Below the pieces are notes generated by a model. It was given only the letters and a program-made list of their open reading frames with translations. It did no database searches and was not told where the DNA came from. From Actinomycetota bacterium (GTDB taxonomy: Bacteria > Actinomycetota > UBA4738 > JBBDHU01): a stretch of 64,000 nucleotides of DNA. Below are positions 26,973 through 36,390 of this stretch, piece after piece; the first letter of the stretch is position 1; every line of letters starts with the position of its first letter. The DNA lies in NCBI GenBank assembly GCA_040880705.1, contig JBBDHU010000001.1, forward strand, positions 417,408-481,407, written 5' to 3'. The position numbers and the translations under genes were made by a program.

Positions 26973-27284
26973 ATGGCTGAAGGCGCGGCAGACGTAATGG
27001 AAGCGCCGGCCGAGACAGACCGGCCGGCCGGCGAAGAGGATGTGGCCGGGGACATTCCCTGGGTCGTGATCGTCTGGAACGACCCCGTGAACCTGATGTC
27101 CTACGTCGTGTTCGTATTCCAGAAGCTGTTCGGTTTCGGCCGCGAGAAAGCCACGAAGCTGATGATGGACGTCCATCACAAGGGGAAGGCCGCGGTCTCG
27201 CACGGCTCGCGGGAGAAGGCCGAGCTGGATGTTTCCCGCCTTCATGCGCACGGATTGTGGGCGACGATGCAGAAGGACCGCTAG
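26973..27284 (+). CDS. clpS: ATP-dependent Clp protease adaptor ClpS
   Basis: [21 protein letters not shown]...HGSREKAE matches ClpS. The 5' extension in ORF-track entry 26580..27284 is discarded. Confidence 0.8.
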   Translation: MAEGAADVMEAPAETDRPAGEEDVAGDIPWVVIVWNDPVNLMSYVVFVFQKLFGFGREKATKLMMDVHHKGKAAVSHGSREKAELDVSRLHAHGLWATMQKDR

Positions 27285-27758
27285 GTGTTCGTTAACCCGG
27301 TGAAGCGAACGAAGAAGGGCGATTTCGAGCTTCAGATATCGCAGGGAGAGCGCGACCTGCTGAAGGGGATTCCGATTCAGCTGCGCGAGCTTCTGGAGAA
27401 CGGTGATCGTGAACGGGATCCGGCCCTCTTGCGCCTGTTTCCGGATGCCTACCGTGACGATCCGGAACGAAGCTCCGAGTACCGGGAGATGATGGGCGGC
27501 GAACCGGCATCGGTTCGCCTTTCGGCGGCCGCCGTCATGGAGAGGACGATCGAGGCCGAGCGCCTATCCGAGGAGGAGATGACCGCTTGGCTATCGTCGA
27601 TTAACGGCGTTCGGATCGTGATGGGAACCAGGCTCGAAGTGACCGAGGAGACGAGGGCGGAGGACTTCGAGGACGACGAGGATCGCGGTGGCGCGTTCGC
27701 TGTGTACCTGTATCTGACCTATCTGGAGGATCACATCGTCACAGCACTGCAGGAGTAA
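27285..27758 (+). CDS. DUF2017 domain protein (conserved ClpS neighbour)
   Basis: Immediately follows clpS (stop/GTG adjacent). Acidic protein; size and pattern typical of DUF2017. Confidence 0.65.
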   Translation: MFVNPVKRTKKGDFELQISQGERDLLKGIPIQLRELLENGDRERDPALLRLFPDAYRDDPERSSEYREMMGGEPASVRLSAAAVMERTIEAERLSEEEMTAWLSSINGVRIVMGTRLEVTEETRAEDFEDDEDRGGAFAVYLYLTYLEDHIVTALQE

Positions 27759-27769
27759 CTCGGCGAGGA

Positions 27770-28732
27770 TCAGTCCGTCGAGATGTAGCGAGCTGCGTAG
27801 GTCTCGTAATCGGATTCCACGAGCGGGATCAAACCGATCACATAGCGGCCGTTGGTGCAGCCCGCGCACCAGGAGGATCGCTTGATGGCGCGGGCGGTTC
27901 TGCGCGCGGGAGCGCAATTGCGCAGGCGTTTGACTATCCGGCCGTAGCCGTAGTCGTTCCAGCCCCGCTCGATGGTCAGCCTCGTCGCCTCGAGTCCCTG
28001 GGCCAGTGACACGTAGTTCCTGACTCCAATCGAATTGAACTTCGACGCACCCGGCATCGGATAAGTGGTGGCGAGCGGGTTGAACCGCGCGTCCGTTCCT
28101 TCATTGACCTCCCATGCGACGACGGCGGTCAAGTTGTTCTGGCAGTCGGGCGCGTTGACTTCATCCAGGAATGACGCGGCCCACCTACCGTAGGTGATCG
28201 CTTGCCGGTGCTCGACCCAGCTCGCGTCCGGCGCGGCGTCGCACAACCCGGACGGACACAATTCGTGGAGCACCAGCACTCGCCACCAATAGGCCTTTGG
28301 CTTGTCCAACGCCGCCGGCCCGAACCTGTAGACGATGGTGCTTTCGTCGGGGCGATTGATCGTGGCGACGCCGGCTTGGCTTTGGTCGGCGGTTCGGAGG
28401 ATCAGACCGTCGCCGCAGAGCATGAATTCCCTCAGCGGGCGCCTTGCCTTCATGTGCAAGCAGGGCGCATCCGCGGTGACGAAGTCATCGTCGGCCGCGA
28501 TGGTGTGCTCCAACTTGCCCGCCGGCGTGTGGCCGTGCTGCGCCGAGACGACGTCCGGATGTCCGGCGACGCCGTCCACCGGGTCGGTGATCTCTGCCAC
28601 GTCGGCGGATGCCGGTCCGAGAGGAATGAGGCCCAGCCAGGCTCCCGTGGCCAGCGACGCGACGAGCGCGAGGGTAGCGGTATGCCGGATTCTTGCCATG
28701 CTCATATTCATCGTCCTTTGGGGGGCAAACAT
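27770..28732 (-). CDS. Secreted hypothetical protein
   Basis: Signal peptide (...ATLALVASLATGAWL...). Several possible Met starts within the first 12 codons. Confidence 0.55.
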   Translation of the reverse strand: MFAPQRTMNMSMARIRHTATLALVASLATGAWLGLIPLGPASADVAEITDPVDGVAGHPDVVSAQHGHTPAGKLEHTIAADDDFVTADAPCLHMKARRPLREFMLCGDGLILRTADQSQAGVATINRPDESTIVYRFGPAALDKPKAYWWRVLVLHELCPSGLCDAAPDASWVEHRQAITYGRWAASFLDEVNAPDCQNNLTAVVAWEVNEGTDARFNPLATTYPMPGASKFNSIGVRNYVSLAQGLEATRLTIERGWNDYGYGRIVKRLRNCAPARRTARAIKRSSWCAGCTNGRYVIGLIPLVESDYETYAARYISTD

Positions 28733-28802
28733 TTACTCACGGGAGGGTGCCAGAATCCCGCCTATCCGGCGGATTTGTACCCCCGGCGTGCCCGGACTGC
28801 GC

Positions 28803-30392
28803 CTAGCCGGTCGTGACTGCGGATTCCGCCGGGAGCCAGAACTCGATCGATGTGCCTTCGCCGGGGGTGCTGGTCACGGTGCACCATCCCCCGACCATCT
28901 CGGCGCGCTCGCGCATGGCCGAGAGGCCTAGGTGACCGCTCGGCGACTCGGGAACTTCATCCGTGTCGAAGCCTGCCCCGTCGTCCGCGATCTTGACGCG
29001 GAGGCCGCCCTGCGCCTCGGAGATTCCCACCCACACGCTCGCTGCGCGGGCGTGCTTTCGGACGTTCGTCAGCGCTTCCTGGGCGATGCGAAACGCGATT
29101 ATTTTCACCTCTCCCGAAGGCTGCGTCTCGAGGCGATCGTCGAGCGTCGTCTTCGTCCCGGTCTCGCCGCGGAGGGATTCGAGCGATTGCTCCAGCACGG
29201 CGCCGAGCCCTGCTCTGTCGAGTACCGGGGGACGAAGTTCGACCATCAGGCGTCGCAGGTGGGAGATGCTCTCCTCTATGTCCTCCTCGAGTTTCGTCAG
29301 CTTGTCCGCCCGATCGTGTCCGTCGAAGGCGGCTTTAAGCGCATGGAGTCTCAGAAGGACGGCCGTCATCGTCTGGATGGGATCGTCGTGCAGGTCGCCG
29401 GCGATCCGCCGGCGTTCCTCCTCTTGCGCATCGGTCAATCGTCCGAGTAACGCCCGGCGTTCCACGTCCGCACGGGAAAGGAGCTCCATGCTCGATTGCA
29501 GCTCGCGCTGTGTCCTGCGTCGTTCGACTATCGCCGCGGCCAGCAGCAGAGATGTCGCTGCTACGATCGCCATGAATGTTTGTGTCACCAGCAGACGTTC
29601 CGCTTCGGGGAGACGAGCGAAGGGTCCGAGGTCGTGCGCCGCGCCCCAAATGGCGATGGCGGAAATGAGGATGCTGAAGCTCGTGGCTCCGCGTCCCTCG
29701 AACCTGAGAGCCGCCCAAACGAAGAACGGGAACAATACGAACGAGTAGTGAAGCATGCTCGCTCCGGGAGGTCTCCCGAAGACGAGTAGCGCGACGGCGG
29801 TTGCCGACACAGCGAGCACGGCGAGTTCGAGGATTGCAGCCGGCCGCAACCGTGGAAGCGGCGTCTTCACGAAGATAAGGATGAGCGGGGCCAACAGAAG
29901 GTCGCCGGCCAGGTCGGCGAGCCACCAAAGCCGCCATACCTGACCGTAGTCGCTCAGATTGATCACGCCGGTCGCGAGCAGGCTCGTCACGCCGAACGTG
30001 GCGCTTACGGTTGTGCTGATGCCGGCTGCGAGTCCGGTGAACGCGAGAACGTCGCGAACGCGGCTCATCGAGAGGTCGAAACCCGTGCGGCGCAGCAGGT
30101 ATGCCCCAAGCATCGCCTCGAGCGTGTTGCCGGCGGCCGGGGCGATTGCGGCTCCGATCGGAACCTCGGTCGTGAGGTTCGCCACCAGCGCGCCTAGAGC
30201 TACCGCAGGCCAGTAGCGCCGTCCGAGTAACAGGAGTGCGGCGAGGGCAAGCCCGGACGGTGGCCACACCGGCGCTGCGTTCCCGGCGACCGCTCCCAAA
30301 GAGAAGGCGAGGCGAGCCGCGAGGACGTACAGAGCCGCCACCGCGACGATCGTCAGAACGTACCGTGGCCCCGACCAGGACTTCGCTTTCAT
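28803..30392 (-). CDS. MASE1-domain sensor histidine kinase (HisKA_3/NarL-type + HATPase_c)
   Basis: N-terminal polytopic MASE1-like region. H-box IAGDLHDDPIQTMTAV. C-terminal ATPase (VKIADDGAGF..., GHLGLSAMRERAE). Start at the ATG at 30392. Confidence 0.75.
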   Translation of the reverse strand: MKAKSWSGPRYVLTIVAVAALYVLAARLAFSLGAVAGNAAPVWPPSGLALAALLLLGRRYWPAVALGALVANLTTEVPIGAAIAPAAGNTLEAMLGAYLLRRTGFDLSMSRVRDVLAFTGLAAGISTTVSATFGVTSLLATGVINLSDYGQVWRLWWLADLAGDLLLAPLILIFVKTPLPRLRPAAILELAVLAVSATAVALLVFGRPPGASMLHYSFVLFPFFVWAALRFEGRGATSFSILISAIAIWGAAHDLGPFARLPEAERLLVTQTFMAIVAATSLLLAAAIVERRRTQRELQSSMELLSRADVERRALLGRLTDAQEEERRRIAGDLHDDPIQTMTAVLLRLHALKAAFDGHDRADKLTKLEEDIEESISHLRRLMVELRPPVLDRAGLGAVLEQSLESLRGETGTKTTLDDRLETQPSGEVKIIAFRIAQEALTNVRKHARAASVWVGISEAQGGLRVKIADDGAGFDTDEVPESPSGHLGLSAMRERAEMVGGWCTVTSTPGEGTSIEFWLPAESAVTTG

Positions 30393-30619
30393 GTCCCCCC
30401 GGATGTTCACGCCGACTCCATTATCCCCGATCCATCGGGCGAGGCTGCGTTTCGGCATTCGGCATTAAATGTGTACCCCTCGGCCTTTAGTTGCGAGATC
30501 GAAGTGCACCGTAAGGACAACAACGACCTGATCAGTGAGGTCGAGGTCTCCCGGCATGTGCCGTCTGGCGCCAAGCGCGTTACCCGATGGACGATCGAGG
30601 GGACCGTTAGTTGCCCCTC

Positions 30620-31321
30620 CTAGTCGGAAGATCCGGAGGAGTCTGTCTCCTGGCCCGGCGGCACGAAGAATTCGTCGTCACCCTGTCCGGAATCAGACGA
30701 ACCCTCGCCGCTATTGTCCTTTTCGGGCTTCGGCTCCTTCGGTTCCTTTGGTTCCTTCTCCGGCTTAGGCTCCTCGGTGGGGGTCTCGGGCGGTGGCCTG
30801 AACGTCGGCTCGTGGGCAGCCGCCAGCACCAGATCGACCTCGCTTCCCTTCGTCAGCGTGCTCCCGGCCGGAGGCTCGGTGGCTACGACGACATCGTTTC
30901 CGTCGGTGACGATTCGGCTGCCCATCTCCAGCCCGTTGTCGACAAGCGTCTGCTTCGCCGAGCGGCGGTCCATGTCGACGAGGTCGGGCACCTTCACCGA
31001 GTCGGCGGCCGGAGATGGCTGGCCCTGGGCTGCCGTTTCCGGGCCGCCGCCGGCGGTTGCAACGGCGAATATCAACGCGGCAACGAGGATCGCGGCGAGA
31101 CCGGCCGCGACCAGGCGCGATCGCCTCTTCGATCCTGCGGCGGCACGCGATGGTGAGGGCGGGTCCGAGCTTGGTGGTGCCGGCGTAGGCGAGGCGGCCG
31201 TCAACGGGATAGTTGCATCGCCGGCCACCGGAAGGACCGCCGTGAAGGGTGGCGCGTCGGCGCCGCTGCCGCCGTCCAGAGTTCTCTGCCGGTATGGACC
31301 CACCGGTGACCACAGGCTCAC
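30620..31321 (-). CDS. PASTA-domain membrane-anchored protein with C-terminal EPK-repeat low-complexity tail
   Basis: TM helix, then a PASTA-like segment (VPDLVDMDRRSAKQTLVDNGLEM...GSEVDLV), then EPKPEKEPKEPKEPKPEK. Confidence 0.55.
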   Translation of the reverse strand: MSLWSPVGPYRQRTLDGGSGADAPPFTAVLPVAGDATIPLTAASPTPAPPSSDPPSPSRAAAGSKRRSRLVAAGLAAILVAALIFAVATAGGGPETAAQGQPSPAADSVKVPDLVDMDRRSAKQTLVDNGLEMGSRIVTDGNDVVVATEPPAGSTLTKGSEVDLVLAAAHEPTFRPPPETPTEEPKPEKEPKEPKEPKPEKDNSGEGSSDSGQGDDEFFVPPGQETDSSGSSD

Positions 31322-31364
31322 CCTCGACGTCCTATACCCATTCGCGGCACGCGAAAAACTCGAA

Positions 31365-31802
31365 CTAGCGGACCGCGCGCTCCGAGACCTTGATCACAAA
31401 GGCGACCCTCAGGCGCCCGGTCTGAGTGACCCCGACGTCCACGCCCGGAAACAGCGCCCCGATGAGATCGACCCTGGCCGTGCCGACCGAATCGTGCTGC
31501 CCCGCGGGCGGCGAACTGGGGTCGGGCTCCTCGGGTGTTACCGAGAGCCCGGCGTCCTCGACTTCGACTAAGAGTTCGTCCGCTTCCCGCTTGATGGTGA
31601 CGCGGATCGGGCCCGACGCCGGGGACACTTCGCGCGACCAAATCGCATTGGTGCTGGCTTCCGACACGGCCAGCTTGACGTCCTCACGGGCCTCGGCGTC
31701 AACGCCCGCTTCGTCGGCGATCGCGGTACAGAAGGCTCTGGCTGCTCCGACGAAGGCGGTGTCGGCGGGAAACTCCAGCTTGAAGGGCCCGGAATCCTTC
31801 AT
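31365..31802 (-). CDS. Anti-sigma regulatory factor (RsbW-like Ser/Thr kinase, HATPase_c_2)
   Basis: N-box-like VSEASTNAIW and G-box region. Directly downstream of the STAS gene. Confidence 0.65.
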   Translation of the reverse strand: MKDSGPFKLEFPADTAFVGAARAFCTAIADEAGVDAEAREDVKLAVSEASTNAIWSREVSPASGPIRVTIKREADELLVEVEDAGLSVTPEEPDPSSPPAGQHDSVGTARVDLIGALFPGVDVGVTQTGRLRVAFVIKVSERAVR

Positions 31803-31813
31803 CGCTTCGCCCG

Positions 31814-32158
31814 TTATCCGGCGGCGGCCTCGTCCACGGAGTCAAAAATGGGAAAGGCTCTGTCTAGGCCGGTGATCGCCAACACCTTGAGAACGGAACC
31901 GGATGTGCACACGAGCGACATCGTCCCTTCGGTCTCTCTTAGTCTCTTCAGGCCCGAAACCAAAGCGCCCAAACCACTCGAATCCATGAAGTCGACGGCG
32001 GTGAGATCGACGATTAGCTTCTTGACGTCGGCCTCCGCCAGGCGGTGTATGTGATCGCGAAGGCGCGGGGCGGTGTGTAGATCCAGGTCACCCTCCACGC
32101 GGATGACGGTCCATCCATTAACGATCGTCTCATCCAACGAAAGGTCGATTTCGCTCAC
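31814..32158 (-). CDS. STAS-domain anti-sigma-factor antagonist (RsbV/SpoIIAA-like)
   Basis: Conserved phosphorylatable-serine motif DLTAVDFMDSSGLGAL. Confidence 0.8.
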   Translation of the reverse strand: MSEIDLSLDETIVNGWTVIRVEGDLDLHTAPRLRDHIHRLAEADVKKLIVDLTAVDFMDSSGLGALVSGLKRLRETEGTMSLVCTSGSVLKVLAITGLDRAFPIFDSVDEAAAG

Positions 32159-32197
32159 CCCTTACGCGTTTGCGGTCTCGATAGTATATGCGGCGGT

Positions 32198-32587
32198 ATG
32201 ACCGACCCGCAGACGATAGCCGTCACCGTGCCCGCCGGTTCGGAGTTCCTGCACATAGTGCGCGCTACCGTTGGAAGCGTTGCTGCAAAGCTCGACTTCA
32301 CGTACGAAGACGTCGATGACCTTCGCATCGCGGTGGATGAAGCATGCGGGGAACTCCTGTCCCTGGACGAAAAGGGTGATGCGAAAGAACTCCTCGTCGC
32401 CATTACGCCGGGCGAACGCGAGGTCGAGATCTCCGTTTCCACCGACGCCGCGTTCGACTGGCCCTCCGACGGACTCCATGGTCTGCCTTGGATTGTCATG
32501 TCGAAACTGGTCGATGAGGTGCAAACGGGCGTGGCCGAAAGGGGCCCCGAGATTCGCTTGCGAAAACACGCATCGCCGTCTCCGTGA
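32198..32587 (+). CDS. Anti-sigma regulatory factor (RsbW-like)
   Basis: HATPase_c_2-like (AVDEACGELLS...). Overlaps the sigma-factor gene by 4 nt. Confidence 0.65.
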   Translation: MTDPQTIAVTVPAGSEFLHIVRATVGSVAAKLDFTYEDVDDLRIAVDEACGELLSLDEKGDAKELLVAITPGEREVEISVSTDAAFDWPSDGLHGLPWIVMSKLVDEVQTGVAERGPEIRLRKHASPSP

Positions 32588-33342
32588 GCGAGACGGATTC
32601 CCGTTCGTCTGGGGACGACTTGGAGGTGCGCACGGCCGAGTTGTTCGCCCGGCTTCCCGGCGATGCGAAGGCCCGGGACGAACTCGTTGAGATCCACCGG
32701 AACCTGGGTGGCTATCTCGCGCGGAGGTTCGCCGGCAGAGGCGAAGCCGCCGACGATCTCGAGCAGGTGGCGATGATCGGCCTGCTCAAGGCTGTGGACG
32801 GTTTCGACCCGACCAGAGGCGTGCAATTCGCTACTTACGCGACGTCGATGATCGTCGGCGAACTCAAACGGCATTTTCGGGATCACGGCTGGGCGATTCG
32901 AGTCCCCCGCAAGCTCCAGGAAACCAGCCTGCAGGTGAACAAGCTCGCGCTGGAACTCTGGCAGGAATTGGGACGAGGTCCCACCGTGACCGAGATCGCC
33001 GAGCGCTCCGGTTTGTCCGAGGACGAGGTGCTCGAGGCTATGGATGCGGGCCGGGCGTACTCGACTGCTCCGCTGGACGTGCCTTCCGAGGAGGGCGGCC
33101 TTACGCCGGCCGACACGATCGGGGAGGACGACGAACAGCTCCTTCAAGCGGAGGGCTGGGTGAGCATTGCGCCGGCTCTGGAGGAACTCCACCCGCGAGA
33201 GCGCCAGATCCTCTATCTGAGGTTCTTCCGCGATCTCACACAGACCGAGATCGCGGAAGAACTCGGGATCTCCCAGATGCACGTCTCGCGTTTGCTGTCG
33301 CAGACGATGAAACGTCTGCGACAGACGGTCGCACGTCCCTAG
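32584..33342 (+). CDS. RNA polymerase sigma factor, SigB/SigF/SigG (group 3) family
   Basis: Region 2 (YATSMIVGELKRHFRD), region 3 and region 4.2 (TQTEIAEELGISQMHVSRL). Confidence 0.85.
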   Translation: MSETDSRSSGDDLEVRTAELFARLPGDAKARDELVEIHRNLGGYLARRFAGRGEAADDLEQVAMIGLLKAVDGFDPTRGVQFATYATSMIVGELKRHFRDHGWAIRVPRKLQETSLQVNKLALELWQELGRGPTVTEIAERSGLSEDEVLEAMDAGRAYSTAPLDVPSEEGGLTPADTIGEDDEQLLQAEGWVSIAPALEELHPRERQILYLRFFRDLTQTEIAEELGISQMHVSRLLSQTMKRLRQTVARP

Positions 33343-33356
33343 GGCTCCATCTGGGC

Positions 33357-33527
33357 TCACGCGAAGAGGCTTACGCGGCCCGGCCCAACGAGAAGTCCAA
33401 CCAAGACGAGGACTACTCCTGAGAGCACGCTTCCCCGAAGCGCGGTCACGATGCCCGCTATGACCAAGACGGCTGCGATGACCCAAAGGATCGTCGCTGT
33501 TCCGCTGGTTGCTGCAAGAAGCTCCAT
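33357..33527 (-). CDS. Small membrane protein (56 aa), not in ORF track
   Basis: MELLAATSGTATILWVIAAVLVIAGIVTALRGSVLSGVVLVLVGLLVGPGRVSLFA, two hydrophobic helices. Below the track size cutoff. Confidence 0.3.
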   Translation of the reverse strand: MELLAATSGTATILWVIAAVLVIAGIVTALRGSVLSGVVLVLVGLLVGPGRVSLFA

Positions 33528-33537
33528 GGTGCGCCCC

Positions 33538-33699
33538 TTACGTGAGTTTCGGGATCACGTACCACGCGAGGAACGCCAGGATCGCGAGAACGATGATCAC
33601 GATCGCCGCGTACTTCACGGCTGCGTAACCCACGAGTCCGTGCGAACCCTCGGGGTCCGTGGGCGGTTCCTGGTGAGCGTGCGGATACTGCTGGCTCAT
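33538..33699 (-). CDS. Small membrane protein (53 aa)
   Basis: MSQQYPHAHQEPPTDPEGSHGLVGYAAVKYAAIVIIVLAILAFLAWYVIPKLT. GGAGG RBS 5 nt upstream of the ATG at 33699. The 5' extension in ORF-track entry 33538..33780 is discarded. Confidence 0.45.
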   Translation of the reverse strand: MSQQYPHAHQEPPTDPEGSHGLVGYAAVKYAAIVIIVLAILAFLAWYVIPKLT

Positions 33700-33823
33700 G
33701 CTTGCCTCCTTCCGTCGGGCCACATCTTTCCCGCCGACGGGCCACGGCAAACCTTGCCGGTGTTTGCCACATCCGGCCACGGGGTATTTCTTGGCTATGT
33801 GAATAGGGTTCTCGCCATCCTCA

Positions 33824-34282
33824 ATGGCTGACGAAAAGCACGAGGAATCCGAAAAGCTTCACCGCGAGTTCATCGAATTGCTGAACGAGCTGCGGGTGGT
33901 GTTGCCCGGCGTCCAGGTGCTCTTCGCCTTCTTGCTGATCGTGCCTTTCAGCGAAGGTTTCGGGAAGCTGACCGATCTGCAGCGAGGTGTCTTTCTCGGG
34001 TCGTTCCTGACAACCGCCGCCGCCACCGTGTTTCTCATGGCCCCGACGGCCAATCACCGTATGCGCTGGCGCCGGCACGACAAGGAACGACTGCTTCAGA
34101 TCGCGAACCGGCTGGCGATTTCCGGTATAGCTCTCCTGGGCCTTGCGGTATCCGGAGTGACGTTCCTGGTCACGGACGTCCTTCTCGGCACCCCCTTGGC
34201 GTCGGTAATCGCCGGAGCCATCGCGGCGCTTCTGATCGTCGTTTGGTTCGTCGTCCCGTTGTCGATGGGCAACGGGGAATAG
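33824..34282 (+). CDS. DUF6328-like membrane protein
   Basis: ELLNELRVVLPGVQVLFAFLLIVPF motif and three TM helices. Confidence 0.55.
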   Translation: MADEKHEESEKLHREFIELLNELRVVLPGVQVLFAFLLIVPFSEGFGKLTDLQRGVFLGSFLTTAAATVFLMAPTANHRMRWRRHDKERLLQIANRLAISGIALLGLAVSGVTFLVTDVLLGTPLASVIAGAIAALLIVVWFVVPLSMGNGE

Positions 34283-34312
34283 AGGTTCGTCTCACAAGGG
34301 CTTACTCGAAAA

Positions 34313-34365
34313 AGAGGGCGGGGAAGGGACGGGTTTGCTTTGCCGCCCGTCCCTTCCCCGTGGGG
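34313..34365. terminator. Bidirectional intrinsic terminator-like hairpin
   Basis: GGGGAAGGGACGGG / CCCGTCCCTTCCCC is a perfect 14-bp inverted repeat around a 12-nt loop, between convergent genes. Confidence 0.5.
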
Positions 34366-34374
34366 GGGCCTGGA

Positions 34375-34527
34375 TCAGACCTTATCGATCGTCTCGTTCA
34401 TGTTTTCCAAAGCCTTCTTAGGGGTAATGTCCTCCGCTTCTGCTGCCTTGCGAAGCTCCTCGAAGACTATGTTGTCGGGGTTTCCGTGATCGTCATGCGG
34501 TTCCCCACAACCACAGGTCATGCACAT
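34375..34527 (-). CDS. Small Cys/His-rich metal-binding-like protein (50 aa), not in ORF track
   Basis: MCMTCGCGEPHDDHGNPDNIVFEELRKAAEAEDITPKKALENMNETIDKV. GGAG RBS 6 nt upstream. Confidence 0.35.
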   Translation of the reverse strand: MCMTCGCGEPHDDHGNPDNIVFEELRKAAEAEDITPKKALENMNETIDKV

Positions 34528-34554
34528 GGGATCTCCTTCCGGATCAACTTAGTG

Positions 34555-34764
34555 CTAGTCGACGGCGTCCTTCACGGCCTCCGTCGCCTTCTTGGCGGCA
34601 TCCTTCAGGTGACCGACCGCTTCCTTGGCCTTGCCCTTGGCCTGGTCCTTGCGGCCCTCGGCCTGAGTGGAGTGGTCGTCCGTTACTTCGCCGACCGTCT
34701 CCTTGACCTTGCCTTTGGCCTTGTCAACCTTGCCTTCTGCGCGGTCTGCTGTTCCTTCGCCCAT
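34555..34764 (-). CDS. CsbD family stress-response protein
   Basis: KAKGKVKE...KDQAKGKAKEAVG repeats typical of CsbD. GAAGGGAGA RBS before the ATG at 34764. Confidence 0.65.
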   Translation of the reverse strand: MGEGTADRAEGKVDKAKGKVKETVGEVTDDHSTQAEGRKDQAKGKAKEAVGHLKDAAKKATEAVKDAVD

Positions 34765-34913
34765 CGGGTCTCCCTTCGTAGTTGGGCTGATCAGGTTCTT
34801 CCCACAGGGCGCGATCTCTAACCCCCCTGTATCGATCACTATTCACGGCGTGCAGGGGCTTCGGGTAATCTCGCTTCGCTCGTCGAGCCTGATCCAGAAC
34901 AGGAGCCACAGCC

Positions 34914-35267
34914 GTGAGTGCACTTCAGATATCGCTTGAAACCCCCTCCGATGACCGGGTTGTGATTCTCCTTGGCGGCGAGCTGGACCTTGCCACGGCG
35001 CCGGAGCTCCAGGAGAGCCTTCGCTCCGTTGAGTCCAATGACGCTCTGGGATTGGTCGTCCTCGACTTGCGCAAGCTGCAATTCATCGATTCCTCCGGCC
35101 TTCGCGTCGTTATCGGCGCCGATTCCCGTGCCCGCAAGAGCGGCCGCCGGCTCGTTCTCGTGCGAGGTGGCGAAGCCGTTCACAGAGTTTTTCGCCTCAC
35201 GCTTCTCGATCAACGCCTGGAGTTTGTGGATGATCCGAGGGAGATACGGGAATCATCAAGAGAGTGA
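34914..35267 (+). CDS. STAS-domain anti-sigma-factor antagonist
   Basis: LDLRKLQFIDSSGLRVVI motif. Confidence 0.75.
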   Translation: MSALQISLETPSDDRVVILLGGELDLATAPELQESLRSVESNDALGLVVLDLRKLQFIDSSGLRVVIGADSRARKSGRRLVLVRGGEAVHRVFRLTLLDQRLEFVDDPREIRESSRE

Positions 35268-35671
35268 TCAAACTTCAACTTCCCGCCGTCCCCGAAGCGG
35301 TTCCGGAAGCCAGGCGTGCCCTGGCCGCGCTGGAGCCCGACATATGGGGAGAGCATCTCGAGAACGTCCGCCTGCTCGTGAGCGAGTTGATGACGAACAG
35401 CGTCCGCCACTCCGGGGTCGGGCAGGACGACTTGATCGAACTGCGGGTGTTCACCGAGCAGGGTTCGGTCAGGGTGGAGGTCAGGGATCTGGGGCAGGGC
35501 TTCGAGCCGCCCGAAACGACACCATCGCTCTATCAAGAGTCGGGGTGGGGCCTCTACCTGGTTCGGCAGATCGCGGACCGGTGGGGCGTCTTGAGGGATG
35601 GGGCGACCTGTGTTTGGTTCGAGATCGACCCACTCGAAAGCCGCTCGTCGCAGGGAAACCCGGCGTCCTAG
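35264..35671 (+). CDS. Anti-sigma regulatory factor (RsbW-like Ser/Thr kinase)
   Basis: SELMTNSVRHS N-box and GWGLYLVRQIADRW G-box. 4-nt overlap with the upstream STAS gene. Confidence 0.7.
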   Translation: MIKLQLPAVPEAVPEARRALAALEPDIWGEHLENVRLLVSELMTNSVRHSGVGQDDLIELRVFTEQGSVRVEVRDLGQGFEPPETTPSLYQESGWGLYLVRQIADRWGVLRDGATCVWFEIDPLESRSSQGNPAS

Positions 35672-36135
35672 CGTGCGCCAGGGCTCTTGGGGCCAAGCTC
35701 CGTTTTCAGTTCCTCCACATCCGCGCTCAGCTTTTCGAGCATTCTCACCATGCGCTCGTTACTGTCCTTCGATTCGGCGCTGCCCCTGTGGATCAGCAGC
35801 GCGGCAAGGACGACGAACGAGAAGAGCTGAAGGAATTCCGACTGCCAGTTTTCGAGCGTGGATTGGCCGAAATGCACAACGAATCCCGCCATTCCGTGGG
35901 ACTCGCCGTGCGCACCCTGCTCATCTACGTAGACCCGCCATTCAGCGAGAGCCTGCGCGACCCAACTCGTGAGAAAGAGAATGGCAAACGTGATGCTGAG
36001 ACCGAAATTCTTCCAAACCTTCCGAACGTTCGAACGCCGCCGCTCCCGCAGGATGCTCGTTAGCATCGTCCCTATCAGATAGGTTGCGATCCCGAGCGGG
36101 ACGAGAGCCGAGGTAATAACTATCAAGGTTTCCAT
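35668..36135 (-). CDS. Hypothetical membrane protein
   Basis: Four hydrophobic segments. Coherent codon usage. Confidence 0.5.
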   Translation of the reverse strand: METLIVITSALVPLGIATYLIGTMLTSILRERRRSNVRKVWKNFGLSITFAILFLTSWVAQALAEWRVYVDEQGAHGESHGMAGFVVHFGQSTLENWQSEFLQLFSFVVLAALLIHRGSAESKDSNERMVRMLEKLSADVEELKTELGPKSPGAR

Positions 36136-36249
36136 ACTCTCTCCCAGTCGCTTTCGGATTTTCCCTGCGTCGTGTAGCGGGAACCTCCGGACAGATCGAG
36201 GCGATTAGAACCGGGCGCGACGGGGAAGACTCATGCTCGTGAGAAACAC

Positions 36250-36390
36250 ATGTTGACCGAGCTGATCGTCCAGGCTGCCGGCCGCTTTAGAGAGCAGCGC
36301 GGTGCCGTTGGCTGGCTGATAGTCGGCGTGCTTCTGGGGACCGTTCTGATCGTTGTCCTGATCATCAAGTTCCTGATTCCGGGGGAATAA
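36250..36390 (+). CDS. Small membrane protein (46 aa), not in ORF track
   Basis: MLTELIVQAAGRFREQRGAVGWLIVGVLLGTVLIVVLIIKFLIPGE. Confidence 0.2.
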   Translation: MLTELIVQAAGRFREQRGAVGWLIVGVLLGTVLIVVLIIKFLIPGE

